NCBI GenBank assembly: GCA_048128005.1
Contig: JBEUKZ010000107.1
Span: 62,001 to 126,000, forward strand
DNA from: Veleropilina oligotropha
Lineage: Eukaryota
Direction of reading: 5' to 3'
DNA length: 64,000 bases
Below, piece after piece: positions 23,208-37,300 of the stretch (positions within the stretch are counted from its first letter, which is position 1; every line of letters starts with the position of its first letter). A program made the position numbers and the translations under genes. The notes beneath the pieces were generated by a model that was given only the letters and a program-made list of their open reading frames with translations, had not been told where the DNA came from and ran no database searches.

Positions 23208-23639
23208 CTAGCTATGGTACCCGTCTTCGCCGGGCAAGTCCCCCCACCCCAATTTTTTTTTTTTTTTTTTTTGGATAGTGCTCCCTTAAATATTTTTTTT
23301 TTTTCCCGAATTTTCCGAATTTTTTTCGTGGTAAACCTTCCTTGGGGGACCCCGATTAACCCCCCAAAGTTTGAAGGTCCTAGGTCAAAGCGTCTGGGAG
23401 GAGTTCAACTTGAAACAGACAGACACACACACATACAATTATAGCTGCATTATATTAAGATTGGATAGTGCTCCCTTAAATATTTTTTTTTTTCCGAATT
23501 TTTTTCGTGGTAAACCTTCCTTGGGGGACCCCGATTAACCCCCCAAAGTTTGAAGGTCCTAGGTCAAAGCGTCTGGGAGGAGTTCAACTTGAAACAGACA
23601 GACACACACACATACAATTATAGCTCCATTATATTAAGA
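23208..23639 (-). mobile_element. non-autonomous Helitron, copy 1
   Basis: Minus strand A|TCTTAATATAA...subterminal hairpin CCCGGCGAAGACGGG...CTAG|T; the 5' ~180-bp module is duplicated in tandem. Confidence 0.8.
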
Positions 23640-23880
23640 TTACGACTCAAATATTAGAAGGATCATAACGATGCATGCTGCGTAGTTCAGTGTCCTCTCT
23701 GACAACTGCGTAGTGAAAGAATACTGCATGCGTAATTGACAATAGACTATATATATGATTCAAGCTTTTAATGTAACTTCAGTTAGATTTTGTTTAGTTT
23801 TGAGCTGATACTCACTTAGTTCCTAATTGACTTGAGAGTCAATTCCGTTCCTATCATAATGATTAACGCCTGACACAGGC

Positions 23881-24197
23881 CGGGGCGGATCCAGGGGGGG
23901 GGGGGTCCATGGGGGTCAGACCCCCATCTTGACGGACCAAGTGCCCTTTTGCCTAGGCCATTAAAAAACTCAATGTGTTAGATTGTGACAAAAATTACCC
24001 ATACATTTTAGTGAAAATGGTTCATAAATGTTGGTAAGAAATCTCGCTTTTGCCCTGTCAGAGTGCAGGAGAGGAGGTTTCAGGCTGTTGATTGTCAAAA
24101 TTTTCTTTCGCGTGGGGCCCCGCCCTCACGCGAACAGTTGATAGTAGATTTTATGGAAGTTGGACCCCCCCTTAGCAAAATCCTGCATCCGCCCCTG
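23881..24197. mobile_element. MITE with GGGGCGGATCCAG-type TIRs
   Basis: GGGGCGGATCCAGG ... CCTGCATCCGCCCCTG; relatives at ~28845-29000 and ~40310-40695. Confidence 0.55.
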
Positions 24198-24779
24198 CCG
24201 CCATGTGAACTTTATACGTCTACTATAACTGCTGCCGCTTCCATTTGCTTCGCTGACTAATGTATATTTATGAAATCAAATAATAATAATAATTTATTTC
24301 TGAAAGCCGTAAGCATTTTACATGTTTCTAGCTTATAGTTAAAGTATATATTCGAGACATAATTAACATTACATTTTTGTAACTAAAATGCTACAAACGG
24401 TGCTACATATTAAATGCTATAAATACAAAGACATGTAACACATTATTATGTAAATATAGTAATGTATGTAAGTAAGTATTGAATTTGTAAAGTTCGTATT
24501 ATGTACATTAAGGAATAAATACATCATTAAATACAGAATACATACACGCTTGATATTGGAGTAAATAGATCAGTATATATACGCATAATTGTACACAGGA
24601 ATAAATACGTCTGTATATACACATAAATGTACATTTGAGTAATAATAATTTGTATCAGTATATATACACATATACATGTATGTAGTTTCATAACCATATA
24701 AATGTAGGCCTACCGTACGGTACATACATAATGCGTATATTATTGTTATGTAAACATAATACATACATGTATTAACAAA

Positions 24780-25650
24780 TTCTTTTTTCAACTTTAAGAC
24801 AATTATATATTACAGAATAGAAGAGGTACGTCTTTTAAAAGCGTATTTTAGAAATAGTCAGAGATCAGATAATATTTTATTGGAATCAGATGCCATCAGA
24901 TTTCTGAATTTTGGGAGAGACGGCCATCTTGTGTAATATTTTTTGAAGTATTTTAGTCTTATGTCTCTATAATTTCGACATACCATGATGAAATGATATT
25001 CATCTTCTACAACGTTTTGAGTACAATATTTACAAATGCGGGCCTCCCTATCTAATCCGTTAAATCGTCCCTCTTCTATTCCGATTTTACACGTGCTGCT
25101 TCTAAATTGCGTTATTAACTTTCTAGATTCTGAGTTACGAATTGATAAATATTTTTCGTGTTGATGTTCTGATATGCATAAAACGTATAATCTGAGTTTG
25201 GGTGTTGAATTTATTGAATGGTGCCAGTATTGTTTTGTTTGGTCGTGTAATCGTTGGATGAGGGGCACTAAAGGGGGCTGCACAGTATCTTGTTGGTACC
25301 AGTAATGGTTAAAACCTAACTCGCAAACTAATGTACGCACTTGTGACGCCCAATTTTTTGCGCTATTACATTCTTACGACGTTCTTAAAACATTGTAAGA
25401 CTTGTATAACAAGCTATTTTCGTCAATATTCTTTCTTTTCGAATCGTCATAAGTGATAGTCTGTCTAACTCCCCATATATGAAACATGTTGGTGTCCTTT
25501 GATTACATTGCAATAGTTTTCTACAAAATTTAATATGAATGTTCTCTATATCTGCAGCTGAATGAAATCCCCATACCTCGGCTGCATAATTCAAAATAGG
25601 GGAAACTAGAGTATCAAACATATTACACTGAGTTTAAACATTGTAGGAAT
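24780..25650 (-). mobile_element. 5'-truncated, decayed non-LTR retrotransposon (RTEX-like C-terminus)
   Basis: FDTLVSPILNYAAEVWG..IENIHIKFCRKLL, followed by FRSS...IEEGRF..R.CKYC..VEDEYHFIMVC (C-terminal CCHC); frameshifted. Confidence 0.75.
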
Positions 25651-26440
25651 AAGCATTTAGGATTTGATTTAGTCGACAATATGCGACTTCTCATTGACGA
25701 GCTTGTCGTTTCTGAATTAAATTAAATACAGAAAGTCTTATTACTATCACTGCTTCCATTGTTGTATTGAATAGATGACCAGATGTCAAAACCACTAGAC
25801 GACCTCGCCACCCTTAATCAACGGTCTGGGTCAACACGGTGACCACCAGAGCGATAATGCAGCATTTGAGGTAACTATGTGTCCATACCCACATCATTCC
25901 AGCGCTCCGACAGTCGTGTGCCTTCCGTTGCAGACTACGAAAGTGCAGATTTCCCCGGGTTTCCAGGCTTTCCTCCCTTGATAATAATAGACATGTCCTG
26001 CTTTAAACCTAATTTTGTAGATATACACGACATAAGCATTGATCCTTTTGATTTCATGCCAACATTAAAGAATAGGCCGAGTGAGTTTCTGATTGCAATC
26101 ATGCAGAAAGACATTTGGAAAACTTAGATATTGAAGAAAAGGGCATCAGCTATAGTACTGTTTAACGAGAACGCCCATATATAGAAAGCAGCTATACCGA
26201 ATATAATCCATTGAAGCGTACGTTAAATATGCGCAAGTGATCATAACATACAAGTACCGGTACTTGCTCTTTAATTTTGTGTTAATACCGAAGCAGATAC
26301 TTTTCGTCACTTTTCACTGTTGTGGCAAGCGACTCGATGTTTGCAGTTGAAAAATTCACAAGAGAAGATGGAGAAGATTCACATCGAAAATATAAAGAAT
26401 GTAGTTGAAGCTGTTCCGTGATGATTCTGGACACTGTTTC

Positions 26441-26702
26441 TGTAGCGTGGATCATGACGTTTGTCTTCTTGTGGCGTGGATCATGACGTTTGTCTTCTTG
26501 TGGCGTGGATCATGACGTTTGTCTTTCTGTGGCGTGGATCATGACGTTTGTCTTCTTGTGGCGTGGATCGTGACGTTTGTCTTCTTGTGGCGTGGATCAT
26601 GACGTTTGTCTTCTTGTGGCGTGGATCATGACGTTTGTCTTCTTGTGGCGTGGATCGTGGCGTTTGTCTTCTTGTGGCGTGGATCATGACGTTTGTCTTC
26701 TT
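26441..26702. repeat. 29-bp minisatellite, ~9 copies
   Basis: Unit GTGGCGTGGATCATGACGTTTGTCTTCTT. Confidence 0.95.
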
Positions 26703-26994
26703 GATGCAGATTATATATTGTCAACAATTCCTTGCATGCATACTTATGTTGGAGCTCTACGTATGTGTGTGCGATCAGTGCTGCGTCGTCTGCAAAGAAC
26801 ATGTAATGTCTCTAAATACCTGACGAATCTTTGTCTGTGCGTTTAGAAGGTATAGTACTACCATTCTATACATATTATGTTCATTCAAAAACTGTGGCAA
26901 CGCTTGGCACATACTATTGGTGGTCAATATTATAAACTCCTACATGTAGCTTTGCTGCGAATCCGGAAGTAATTGATTTACATTTTTGATACAA

Positions 26995-27426
26995 CTAGCT
27001 ATGGTACCCGTCTTCGCCGGGCAAGTCCCCCCACCCCAATTTTTTTTTTTTTTTTTTTGGATAGTGCTCCCTTAAATTTTTTTTTTTTTTCCCGAATTTT
27101 CCGAATTTTTTTCGTGGTAGACCTTCCTTGGGGGACCCCGATTAACCCCCCAAAGTTTGAAGGTCCTAGGTCAAAGCGTCTGGGAGGAGTTCAACTTGAA
27201 ACAGACAGACACACACACATACAATTATAGCTCCATTATATGAAGAATTATAGTAAGATTTTTTTTTTTTCCCGAATTTTCCGAATTTTTTTCGTGGTAA
27301 ACCTTCCTTGGGGGACCCCGATTAACCCCCCAAAGTTTGAAGGTCCTAGGTCAAAGCGTCTGGGAGGAGTTCAACTTGAAACAGACAGACACACACACAT
27401 ACAATTATAGCTCCATTATATTAAGA
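26995..27426 (-). mobile_element. non-autonomous Helitron, copy 2
   Basis: Near-identical to 23208-23639, with the same A|TC...CTAG|T termini; the 5' module is duplicated with a different junction. Confidence 0.8.
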
Positions 27427-27921
27427 TGACTGCTGAATTAAAGACCAACAGCAATCATGGGTGTTATCAAGTGATCATGATCTACTAGTGAACGGAAGTC
27501 ATTACGCAGCTATACCTAGGGTATAAGTATAAGAATAGGCCATTCCAATTCCGATTTGATATCGTGGCAAAGATTCTATGAAAGGTCGATCGCAATGGTG
27601 GTGTAATGGGTTAGAGCGTGGCTCGCTTGGCTGCTCTGTATAACAGAAGTGGGGTCCCATCCCGTGGGTTCCTCTAATTGTCCGTAACCGGCTGGTGATG
27701 GTGTATTTTCCCAGGCGACATAGCTTCTCTAAATGTTAGTATATATTCATCTGCTTATTCATGTGAACTTCGAAGAGGATGGAAATTGACTAAGAAACGA
27801 TCTTATGTCATGTTCGGAGAATATGTTACTTAATTAGGGCTCTTTGACATCAATGGCGAATTAAATACAGCACTAAAGTTAAGACCAAAAGCAAATTGTG
27901 CAAGCACAAAATAAACATTCC

Positions 27922-28648
27922 AATCGCGGAGACCGTAGAACCATACATTGGTCCTCTGTCATGTATGAGCGCTCATTAATCGCGGAGACCGTAGAACAAT
28001 ACATCGGTCCTCTGTCATGTATGAGCGCTCATTAATCGCGGAGACCGTAGAACCATACATTGGTCCTCTGTCATGTATGAGCGCTCATTAATCGCGGAGA
28101 CCGTAGAACCATACATTGGTCCTCTGTCATGTATGAGCGCTCATTAATCGCGGAGACCGTAGAACCATACATTGGTCCTCTGTCATGTATGAGCGCTCAT
28201 TAATCGCGGAGACCGTAGAACCATACATTGGTCCTCTGTCATGAATGAGCGCTCATTAATCGCGGAGACCGTAGAACCATACATTGGTCCTCTGTCATGT
28301 ATGAGCGCTCATTAATCGCGGAGACCGTAGAACCATATATTGTCCTCTGTCATGTATGAGCGCTCATTAATCGCGGAGACCGTAGAACCATACATGGGTC
28401 CTCTGTCATGTATGAGCGCTCATTAATCGCGGAGACCGTAGAACCATACATTGGTCCTCTGTCATGTATGAGCGCTCATTAATCGCGGAGACCGTAGAAC
28501 CATACATTGGTCCTCTGTCATGTATGAGCGCTCATTAATCGCGGAGACCGTAGAACCATACATTGGTCCTCTGTCATGTATGAGCGCTCATTAATCGCGG
28601 AGACCGTAGAACCATATATTGGTCCTCTGTCATGTATGAGCGCTCATT
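27922..28648. repeat. 56-bp minisatellite, ~13 copies
   Basis: Unit AATCGCGGAGACCGTAGAACCATACATTGGTCCTCTGTCATGTATGAGCGCTCATT, containing the palindrome ATGAGCGCTCAT. Confidence 0.95.
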
Positions 28649-30728
28649 TACCAACTATGTGTCATAATACTACATTATCTTAGATTATCTATAGTTGAAG
28701 ATTTAGTTTGCAATGCGCGTCCTTTCACAATTACCTGTGTGAACCCCCCTCTCCTGCATAATGAATTACAAACTCGAATTTTATACCATTTTTTAACCAT
28801 TTTTACCAAACTGTAAGTGTATATTTTTCGTTTTTGTCACTAAGGCGGGGGGGGGGGGGGGGCTCCGATATATATTTTTCTGATGTGATTTGACCTTAAA
28901 TCCGTTATCCTGATTGCGATATGACTTGATAAATGCTAAATGTAAAGCAACATTTTTTCTGCATTTCAAGAGGGGGTCCAGACCATCTGGATCCGTCTAT
29001 GCGCATAACCGCCAGTGACATCAGAACACATGCGCTCGTAGTTCGTATTTGCTTCCATTCACCGGTTCAGGAATGATTCAGGCTGGTGTTGAACATATAT
29101 GTCCTTCTATGATACCGAACTTGTAAATGACAATCTATGGTTGACACGTAATGTGAATTACTCAGTTATTATTCCCCTGTCGTAAATGATCATGGCTCCA
29201 TTATATGCGATAGTCATGTTTATTCGTTATGTCATTTTGTTGACTGATGATTGTGCGCCGCATAATGCAAGCTGTACTTTGGTCTGAATTCATTTTTCCA
29301 CACGACCGATTTAGTTTTACGAATACACTTTAACCATTTTAGCCGTATATATTGTAGGCCTAGTTCAGAATATAAAAGCATTATAAATATATTTACCTAA
29401 AATTATCTCCTTCAATAATATATAGAACAGCAATGCCCAGTGTGTTTATTATATGATGTATTCATGCTCAACACCTAATACAATGTATAAATACATATTC
29501 GAACAGCTACTCTAAGTAAATCATTATTTTGAATGTCTTGAAAAATAAGAATCAATAGCAAAATTGCAAATGTTATCAGGTAGGGCGCACTTTCTGGCTT
29601 CCGGTCTGTTGAACCCACAGAGATAGGCTAATTAGTTTTAGATGAAACAATGCGACACGAACCGATATCACGCATAACAAGCCGAGCGTAAGCGAGGGGT
29701 GTTATGTGTATATCACGCTAGGGGTGTCAGTGTGTTTATTATTATTTGTTATACATACTGAGAAAAGCTATTGAAAAGGCACCCCCTTAAACACATCTAT
29801 AACATATCTTTACATTATTACAAGAGTCGTACCGATCGTCTATGCAAATGAGTCTGGAACCTTGTCGAATTCTATATTCACTCACGCAAGGTGCGAACAG
29901 CGACCAGAATTGATCCCAATTGTTTGTGCGCTATTACTTGAAACAATATAATAACTGGCTCTCACAGTCCCATTGTCAATAAATCTAGCTTATGGTAGGT
30001 ATGTTCGCATATTAAATGTATATGTTAATAGTGCAAAACACACCGATCTGATCCACATCAGTGCAATGCTGTATCGCTTAACTGTCAATGTAAATATAAT
30101 ATTGAGTCGTTGAATTACGAGAGCGAATTTCATCGTGTCTTCGATGAACACGTGAACAGTTACATGATATATACATGTAATTGATGACTTTCAGATCAAT
30201 TAATCAGTATTTGTGTACTTAATAAATGTATTTCGTAAACGCAAAGATTCACGATCTGATACAACTCAGCAATTAAAGTAGGAGAAGATTACCTCCAATT
30301 AATAGTTTCTGGCATTAATCGTCAGTTCATGGAAAAGGAGTCATGCGGAGAAATAAAAATTACTATCGTAATGACAGGAGAGGGTGGATTTGACTCTTTA
30401 TGAATATGCTATACTTTCAAATTAAATGTTCCAGTAATGTTGACCTGTAGATTTGTTGATAAAAAATACACATTATCATCAAGAAGAGTACGGTAACAAG
30501 ACCATTTGACTTTGCGGTCGACGCGGCCAGAACAACAGTGATGTCAAACGACTAATAGTTTTACGCGCATAAGCTATGACATCCTTTTGCTAATAGTATT
30601 CCACTTTGACATCAACAAATTACTCACAATTATTCAAAATTGTTGTTCTCTTCAAATGTTGTTATTATTTGATTTAATTACCAGTATGAACTCACTAGAG
30701 CCCAGGCATGAGCAACTTCCGGACTAAA

Positions 30729-30768
30729 CCAATTACACATGCCTGGAATTGCGTTGGCGAATATAAAA
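30729..30768 (+). promoter_or_regulatory. putative core promoter of the TGF-beta gene (CCAAT + TATA)
   Basis: CCAAT at 30729-30733 and TATAAAA at 30762-30768, ~100 bp upstream of the ATG; motif match only. Confidence 0.35.
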
Positions 30769-30866
30769 ACGTTACCCCCTGTGGTAGGATATTATATATC
30801 AAATACTGGCATAACACAAACGACCGTCTGTGACCAAGCAACAACAAAACGACGGGATCAAGCGAC

Positions 30867-31386
30867 ATGTTTCCTGTAAAATATCACCATCTGGTGTTGT
30901 GTGTTTACTGTTTATACCCTCAAAACGCATTATTGCAATCAAATAATGAAAGCTTTACAAATTCCACTGAAGCAGACGACACATATGTCAATATAACTGA
31001 CCGAAGCTCTACCTCAGAAATTGAATGGATTGGATATGATGCAAATAGTACAAAGCCGTATAACACCTCAGAGAACACCAACTCAAGTGAACAATCACCA
31101 TATCAAAGATGGAACTCGGATATCAATTGCTCAAAGTGTCAAAAGAGGGATGATATGCAAAAACACAGAGAAGAACAGAGACAGCGACGACTAGAAGACA
31201 TCAAGAAAGAAATTCTTGCCAAATTAAAATTATCACGGCCTCCCAAGCTATCAGGCCCCGTTATGAACTTAACCGTCCCGAATATACTGGAAGATTTCAA
31301 GCGAGAACAGGCCGCAGACGAAACGTATCGCGCGGGAAATGATTTCTATGCTAAAATGCGGGAGATTTATGTGTTTGGGAAAGATG
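30867..31386 (+). CDS. TGF-beta gene exon 1 (signal peptide, N-terminal prodomain)
   Basis: ORF 30867; donor GATG/GTAAGT. Confidence 0.88.
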
Positions 31387-34300
31387 GTAAGTTAAATTGG
31401 ATTGGCTCGATGCTTAATATCTTGTGCAATTGTAACCTTCAGGTTCAAATCAGGACATAGCTATATTATCATGGAGTGAAAGTTCGGAACCCGCCCTCAC
31501 CTGTCGGTTACGGACAACTGTTTTTGATATCTGAACAAAGAATGCCATTGCATCACTCGAGGTTCGAGCGCACTCCTGTTTGTCGGAGCAGTCAAGCCAG
31601 TGACTTTAGAGACGGCACTCTAGACATTAAATCAATCAATCAATCAATATACTTTATTTAACGAGGGTAAAAACACATAACGGCTACCGGAGCGGCCTGA
31701 TAAGTTAAGGAATTATAATTTTTCGTTTCCATATAAGCAAAAAATAACTTAATCAGTAACGCAACATGTATAATAATGCATATAACGTAAACATCAATAA
31801 ATATGGGATGAGCGACTGGTTTAACGACCACGCCAACAATCCTTGATTAACCGTTAATCAACTATGAATAATAAAACGAATTGACACTATATGCGGGAAT
31901 TTCCGAAATATATCCCCTGTCCATTCAGTTGCCTGTTAGTCATTCTACAGGTTTGATAATGATGGACTCCGTAAACGTAATTATACGATAATACAGTAAA
32001 TCACAAGCATTTAATTGGTAATCAGTATACTCTGCAACGCAGGTTCAGTAACTAAGCTATATGTGTGCAATATAACTTTAAAGCAATGTTTGAATTATCA
32101 TTTTACATAACAGTCTATATTTTATTTGACCTCGACTTGGGTAAGTTCGTCTTTAAATGTCATTGCATATATGTGACAGCAATACCTCCGGAATTCAATT
32201 CAACGCTTCAACGCCAGTACAAAAAGGTGGAATACCCCACGCCTACAGACATACGCGTGTAATGTTATACTCGGTTTACGAAAACAACATATGGTACCAC
32301 TTTGGTGACAGTGGGGTATCTGTCTGGCCCGAGTTGTAAGGCGTGGGTAAAATATATGTTAGCATGCATATAATATAGCTAAGGGAATATGTGGTGAATG
32401 ATGAACTGAAATTCAAAGACCACTCCAACCGTATTTCAGTCATATTGCGGGTCAATCAACATAGCATGATGAAATGAATTGGTGAGAGATCATGAAAAAA
32501 ATTAGGTACTCCCGGGGATTGAACCTAGGACCATCGGTGAATGCCAGGCATTACCAGCAATGTATTATTTTTTATTGGTTGGCTACTTTGCGACCTTAAA
32601 TAATAATAGATGGTAAATTAGCCGCACAAAACGAAAATTACTGAATACAGCAAAAGAAATAATGTCATTGGTAAGATTCGTGCATCATGCATGTCTATTC
32701 AGTGCATGCCCTTTAAACCACACATATAGCCGATTTAACTAACCAATCCCATATAGACATGACTAACCCTTATACCAAGTCTTCTTAGACCGAGTCCAAA
32801 TTTAAACACAATTTATATTTCACCAACCTCGTCTTCAAATTGCGATATATACCTTGTCGGTGCATCGAATGCAAAACGGCAACAATAAAATTATCAGAAT
32901 GCGACTCATGGAATTCATTATTGGGTTCAAAAGAAGGGTTACGTAACGTAGTGTCTGTCGATCATGTAGAATTTGAAAATGGCTGTGCAATAGGGTAATC
33001 ACGAGAATATTTACCATGAGAGAGAAATGATATAATTGAATGTATATATATAGAAAGTGACGAAGCGATATTATGGAGTTTCTAGGTGGCATCTTATTCT
33101 AGAAGCCAAACTGATACATGGAAATCTTCGTTTCAAAATACCCAAGACCATTTCAACAATGGTGCGTATTCGTTTGTGGTCAGTATATGGTCGTAGAAAA
33201 GTCGTGAGAAGCAATCTCTATCATATATACCCGTTATTATCAAGCAGGATGGTTTAAGCTCTCCAAGCGTCTAAAATGACTGGGGGTGGCCGGGGTTATA
33301 TTCTGAAACATGCGAGTCTCATGAGTGGAACGTTGCCAGCGAACAACAACATGTTGTCATCACATATCAAATGACCATTCAGAGAATAGACATCCTTTCG
33401 ATTCATAAAAATGACAGTGCTGGACACACGTGTTGGACAAGTGATCATTAAATAGAATTTATTTGGGTTTAGAAAGCGCATTACTGCCACTCATATAAAA
33501 ACCCATTGAAGTTGTCTTGTCCTCTATAGCCTGCACTGCTTCTTAAAATGTTCATGATGTGTGTACCATTTTCACTCTGTTACACCTGGAAATCTAGCCA
33601 TACGGTGGAATTGTTGTGTTGCGATATAATGTTGCTTCAAAGTGGCATAGCTTCACTGACCCTGCATGCTAGCCTGACTCTGATGCTCCACTTGCCTCAC
33701 CCGAGTGTTCTGTTCTGTAATAGCTAGGTGGCTTATTCAGTACCAGTAGTTGATAGCACCGGTAGTTCATATTCGTTGCATATGCGAGCTGGTTAACAAC
33801 TTGGGCAACTACGTTATAGAGTTTGCCGTTAGCTTGCTAACTATGAACCTGCTACGGAATTATCTGTCATTAAAAATTCTGAAAAGTGCATACTTCTCTA
33901 AAGCCAAACGCGTAACACGTCTTCGCCTCAATGGTAATAGTTCATCCAGACGCTGAACATTACGCAAGTCAACGTTCGCCATTTTTGTATAACTTGGCAT
34001 GGTCGGGGTACGTCCACATGCTATTCCCTCAAAATTTAGGCTCCGCCAGATAAGACAACATTAGCGAAATTATATTATGTTTAGACCGAGTCTACACTCA
34101 CAGTCTACAGTCTACAATCACCGATAACAGAATCTAACCAGATCCAGTTCGATATACTTAGACTTCGTTGGTGAAACGTATTTTTAATCTAGACATAGTC
34201 TAAAAGATTTTGAACCACGTTCAAAGAGAGGGCTTGGTTAGCGAAGTCGGCCGATAAGAGCGAATCTTGCCCATATATTGGTCACTGGAATCTTTGTATA

Positions 34301-37300
34301 TACCCAATCCATATCCCAAAAGATATTGCTAGTTAGGATGGGTATTCGACAATGCCATTTATGCGTCCAGAGGTGTTAACCTGGAGATTAATTACTTCCC
34401 GTCTAATGATCAAGGAAAAAATACTCCGAAAAATCACTGGCGTGATTACGCTAACACGAACAGTAGTGGGTTCGAACCTCGGTTGGGACATGACATAATT
34501 TGCTCAATTTTGAATCACAGTTGCCCGTGCAGGTTTCCCCGGGCGACCGGGCTTTCCTCCCGCGATAATATGGGCATGCACTGCTTTGAACCTATTGGTT
34601 GGAAACATACATGTCAATAAGCATAGATCTATTTCTTTCCTCTTGGATAACCAGTTAATGTTTAATTTATAATTTATAGGTATTTACAAAACAAAATGGA
34701 CACGATATGAAACCCATTGAATGGCTTAGGAAATATTCGTTAGTCGATGGACGAACTTCTTCAAGATCATCGTTAACGAAAATAATTGCTGAATGTGTCT
34801 ATATAAGTCAAAGTTGCTGCGTTATCATATGGAACTTATACGTTTTACATTATATTAAAATGATTATATTTTAACACACCTCAACATTACTAGTATGCAT
34901 AATCTCACAACCTCTGAAATTAAGGGATAGTTGAAATCCTAATGCCATTGGTTTATATTATTTTCCAGTGACGCGGCGATGCGGACACCGGCGAGCTGCC
35001 GGGTGCATACGGTTTTCTTTGAGGAAGACCCTACCTCCCGAAGAGTTCCAGTCGGCGGAACTATGGCTGTACAAGGTCCGGGACCCAGGGGACGTGAACA
35101 GCCAATCATTCGCCATCTTCGAACTGGAACCCGCCGGTCGCAAGAAGAAGAAGGAATCCAGAAAACTTGTTTCCGTTACCGATATGAAAGTGAAGACCGG
35201 TTGGATTAAATTCGATTTGACCAAAACAGTGCTCCGCTGGCTAAAGAAACCGGGTCGAAATAACGGCGTTGTGGTCGATTGCAAGACCTGCCAAAAGGAG
35301 TTTTGGCCAATACAGATTGACAATGACCACCTTCCGCTGTTGGTCCTACATAAGCGGGATGACAGGAACCGCAAGAAGCGACAGTCAGCGGGCCAGTGCA
35401 GCGAACACTACCGGAGCTGTTGCATGGAGCGCTTCTACGTCGACTTCGCTCTGGTAAACTGGACATGGATCATGATGCCCCGAGGATACTACGCCAACTA
35501 CTGCATCGGTAACTGTAACGGTAAGTGTTCATGCATGTACCTCGTGTATAACATTTGAACGCTGGTGGTGCGATGACGCTTAGGGTCTATGCATAATTAC
35601 AATTAACCTGTTTTCGAAAGCGATAGTTACCCATTGGAATCTTCTTGACGTGCAGATACGCAGAACCGTTTGCAGAAGTTCGTAAACAGAATGTAACATA
35701 AAGTTTGATTTTGTTGTAAAATAAACAACCACATACTTTTAATATATGAACATAATTAATTGGCATGTCGAAACAATGTAGAACATCATCTGATGCTCTT
35801 TTAACAATGTTGTGCGTATGGTTCTCTTGTCACAGTGAGGTTTGCAATAACTAAAACTGTTTTGTTATTCTGATAAGCAATTGAAATCTCAGTCGCACGT
35901 AGATTATGGTCAGGATTCACCCGATTCTGCAAATCTTGGCGCATCCTGGTAACTAAGTCGTGTATACGACTGCGGCGTGGTCATGCAGACCCTTGATGGT
36001 ACAGTTCAGAACATTATTGCACGGTGCCACCATAGCATGGTCAGTGCAACCCATAATTGCATATTCGTACCACATGCACTATACGGGAATATAAAGTTGC
36101 GCAATAAAAGTCATTAAAACCTAATATAATATGTTAACTTATTGTTTGTTTATCACATCATTTATAACCGCTTTGTCGATAAGTTAGGACTATTTTTTTT
36201 TGTACGATTATGCAGGATTGTGTTTGGGTGGCACCACGGGTTGATCGCACCGTAGCACCGTAAAAATAAAATAAAAAAGTTTGGACTACACAAACAGTCC
36301 GTTGATAACTGCGCATGGTGCTATTTCGTCTCGGAAAACGAGGAATTCCTCAGCTTGGGTCAAATGACGTCACGGGTCAAACGACACCGTGTCAACTTCT
36401 GATAAATAAGTTAACATCTTATATTAGATTTAAATGACTTTTATTACGCAAATATATCTTCCCGTATACAAGTGCTTGTGCTTCGTTCGGTCATCGTACG
36501 TAAACTGTACCCTTCCGTTGATAATCATGGTTTATTTTCATGATTGTGTGAGAAACCATCAGCCTACTGCATGGATTGGATCGATGCTTAATGTCCTGTA
36601 TTATTGTCCTGTATTATTGTCCTGTATTATTGTCCTGTATTATTGTCCTGTATTATTGTCCTGTATTATTGTCCTGTATTATTGTCCTGTATTATTGTCC
36701 TGTATTATTGTCCTGTATTATTGTCCTGTATTATTGTCCTGTATTATTGTCCTGTATTATTGTCCTGTATTATTGTCCTGTATTATTGTCCTGTATTATT
36801 GTCCTGTATTATTGTCCTGTATTATTGTCCTGTATTATTGTCCTGTATTATTGTCCTGTATTATTGTCCTGTATTATTGTCCTGTATTATTGTCCTGTAT
36901 TATTGTCCTGTATTATTGTCCTGTATTATTGTCCTGTATTATTGTCCTGTATTATTGTCCTGTATTATTGTCCTGTATTATTATATTTACATCATTCAGG
37001 TTCAGATCAGGACATATTATGTCCATATTATCGCTAGAGGAAAGCCCGACCGCCCAGGGAAACCCGCGTTCTCGGACCAGTTACGGACAATTGTGATTGA
37101 TAACTGTTATAAACAGAACAAAGAACGCCCTTGCTTCAACCGAGATTCGAAGGCATTCCTGTTTGTCAGAGCAGTCAATCCAGTGATTTCAGAGTCGACA
37201 CACGACTACAAGAACACTATATATGATTGGTTACATGTGATTATATAAGGTTTCCCTATGATGTAGATACGATTCCGTGACGATCTACGAGTCCGTGTTT

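Noticed and set aside
36434..37248. Hydrophobic Cys/Tyr-rich ORFs
   Set aside because: Translation of (TGTCCTGTATTAT)n.
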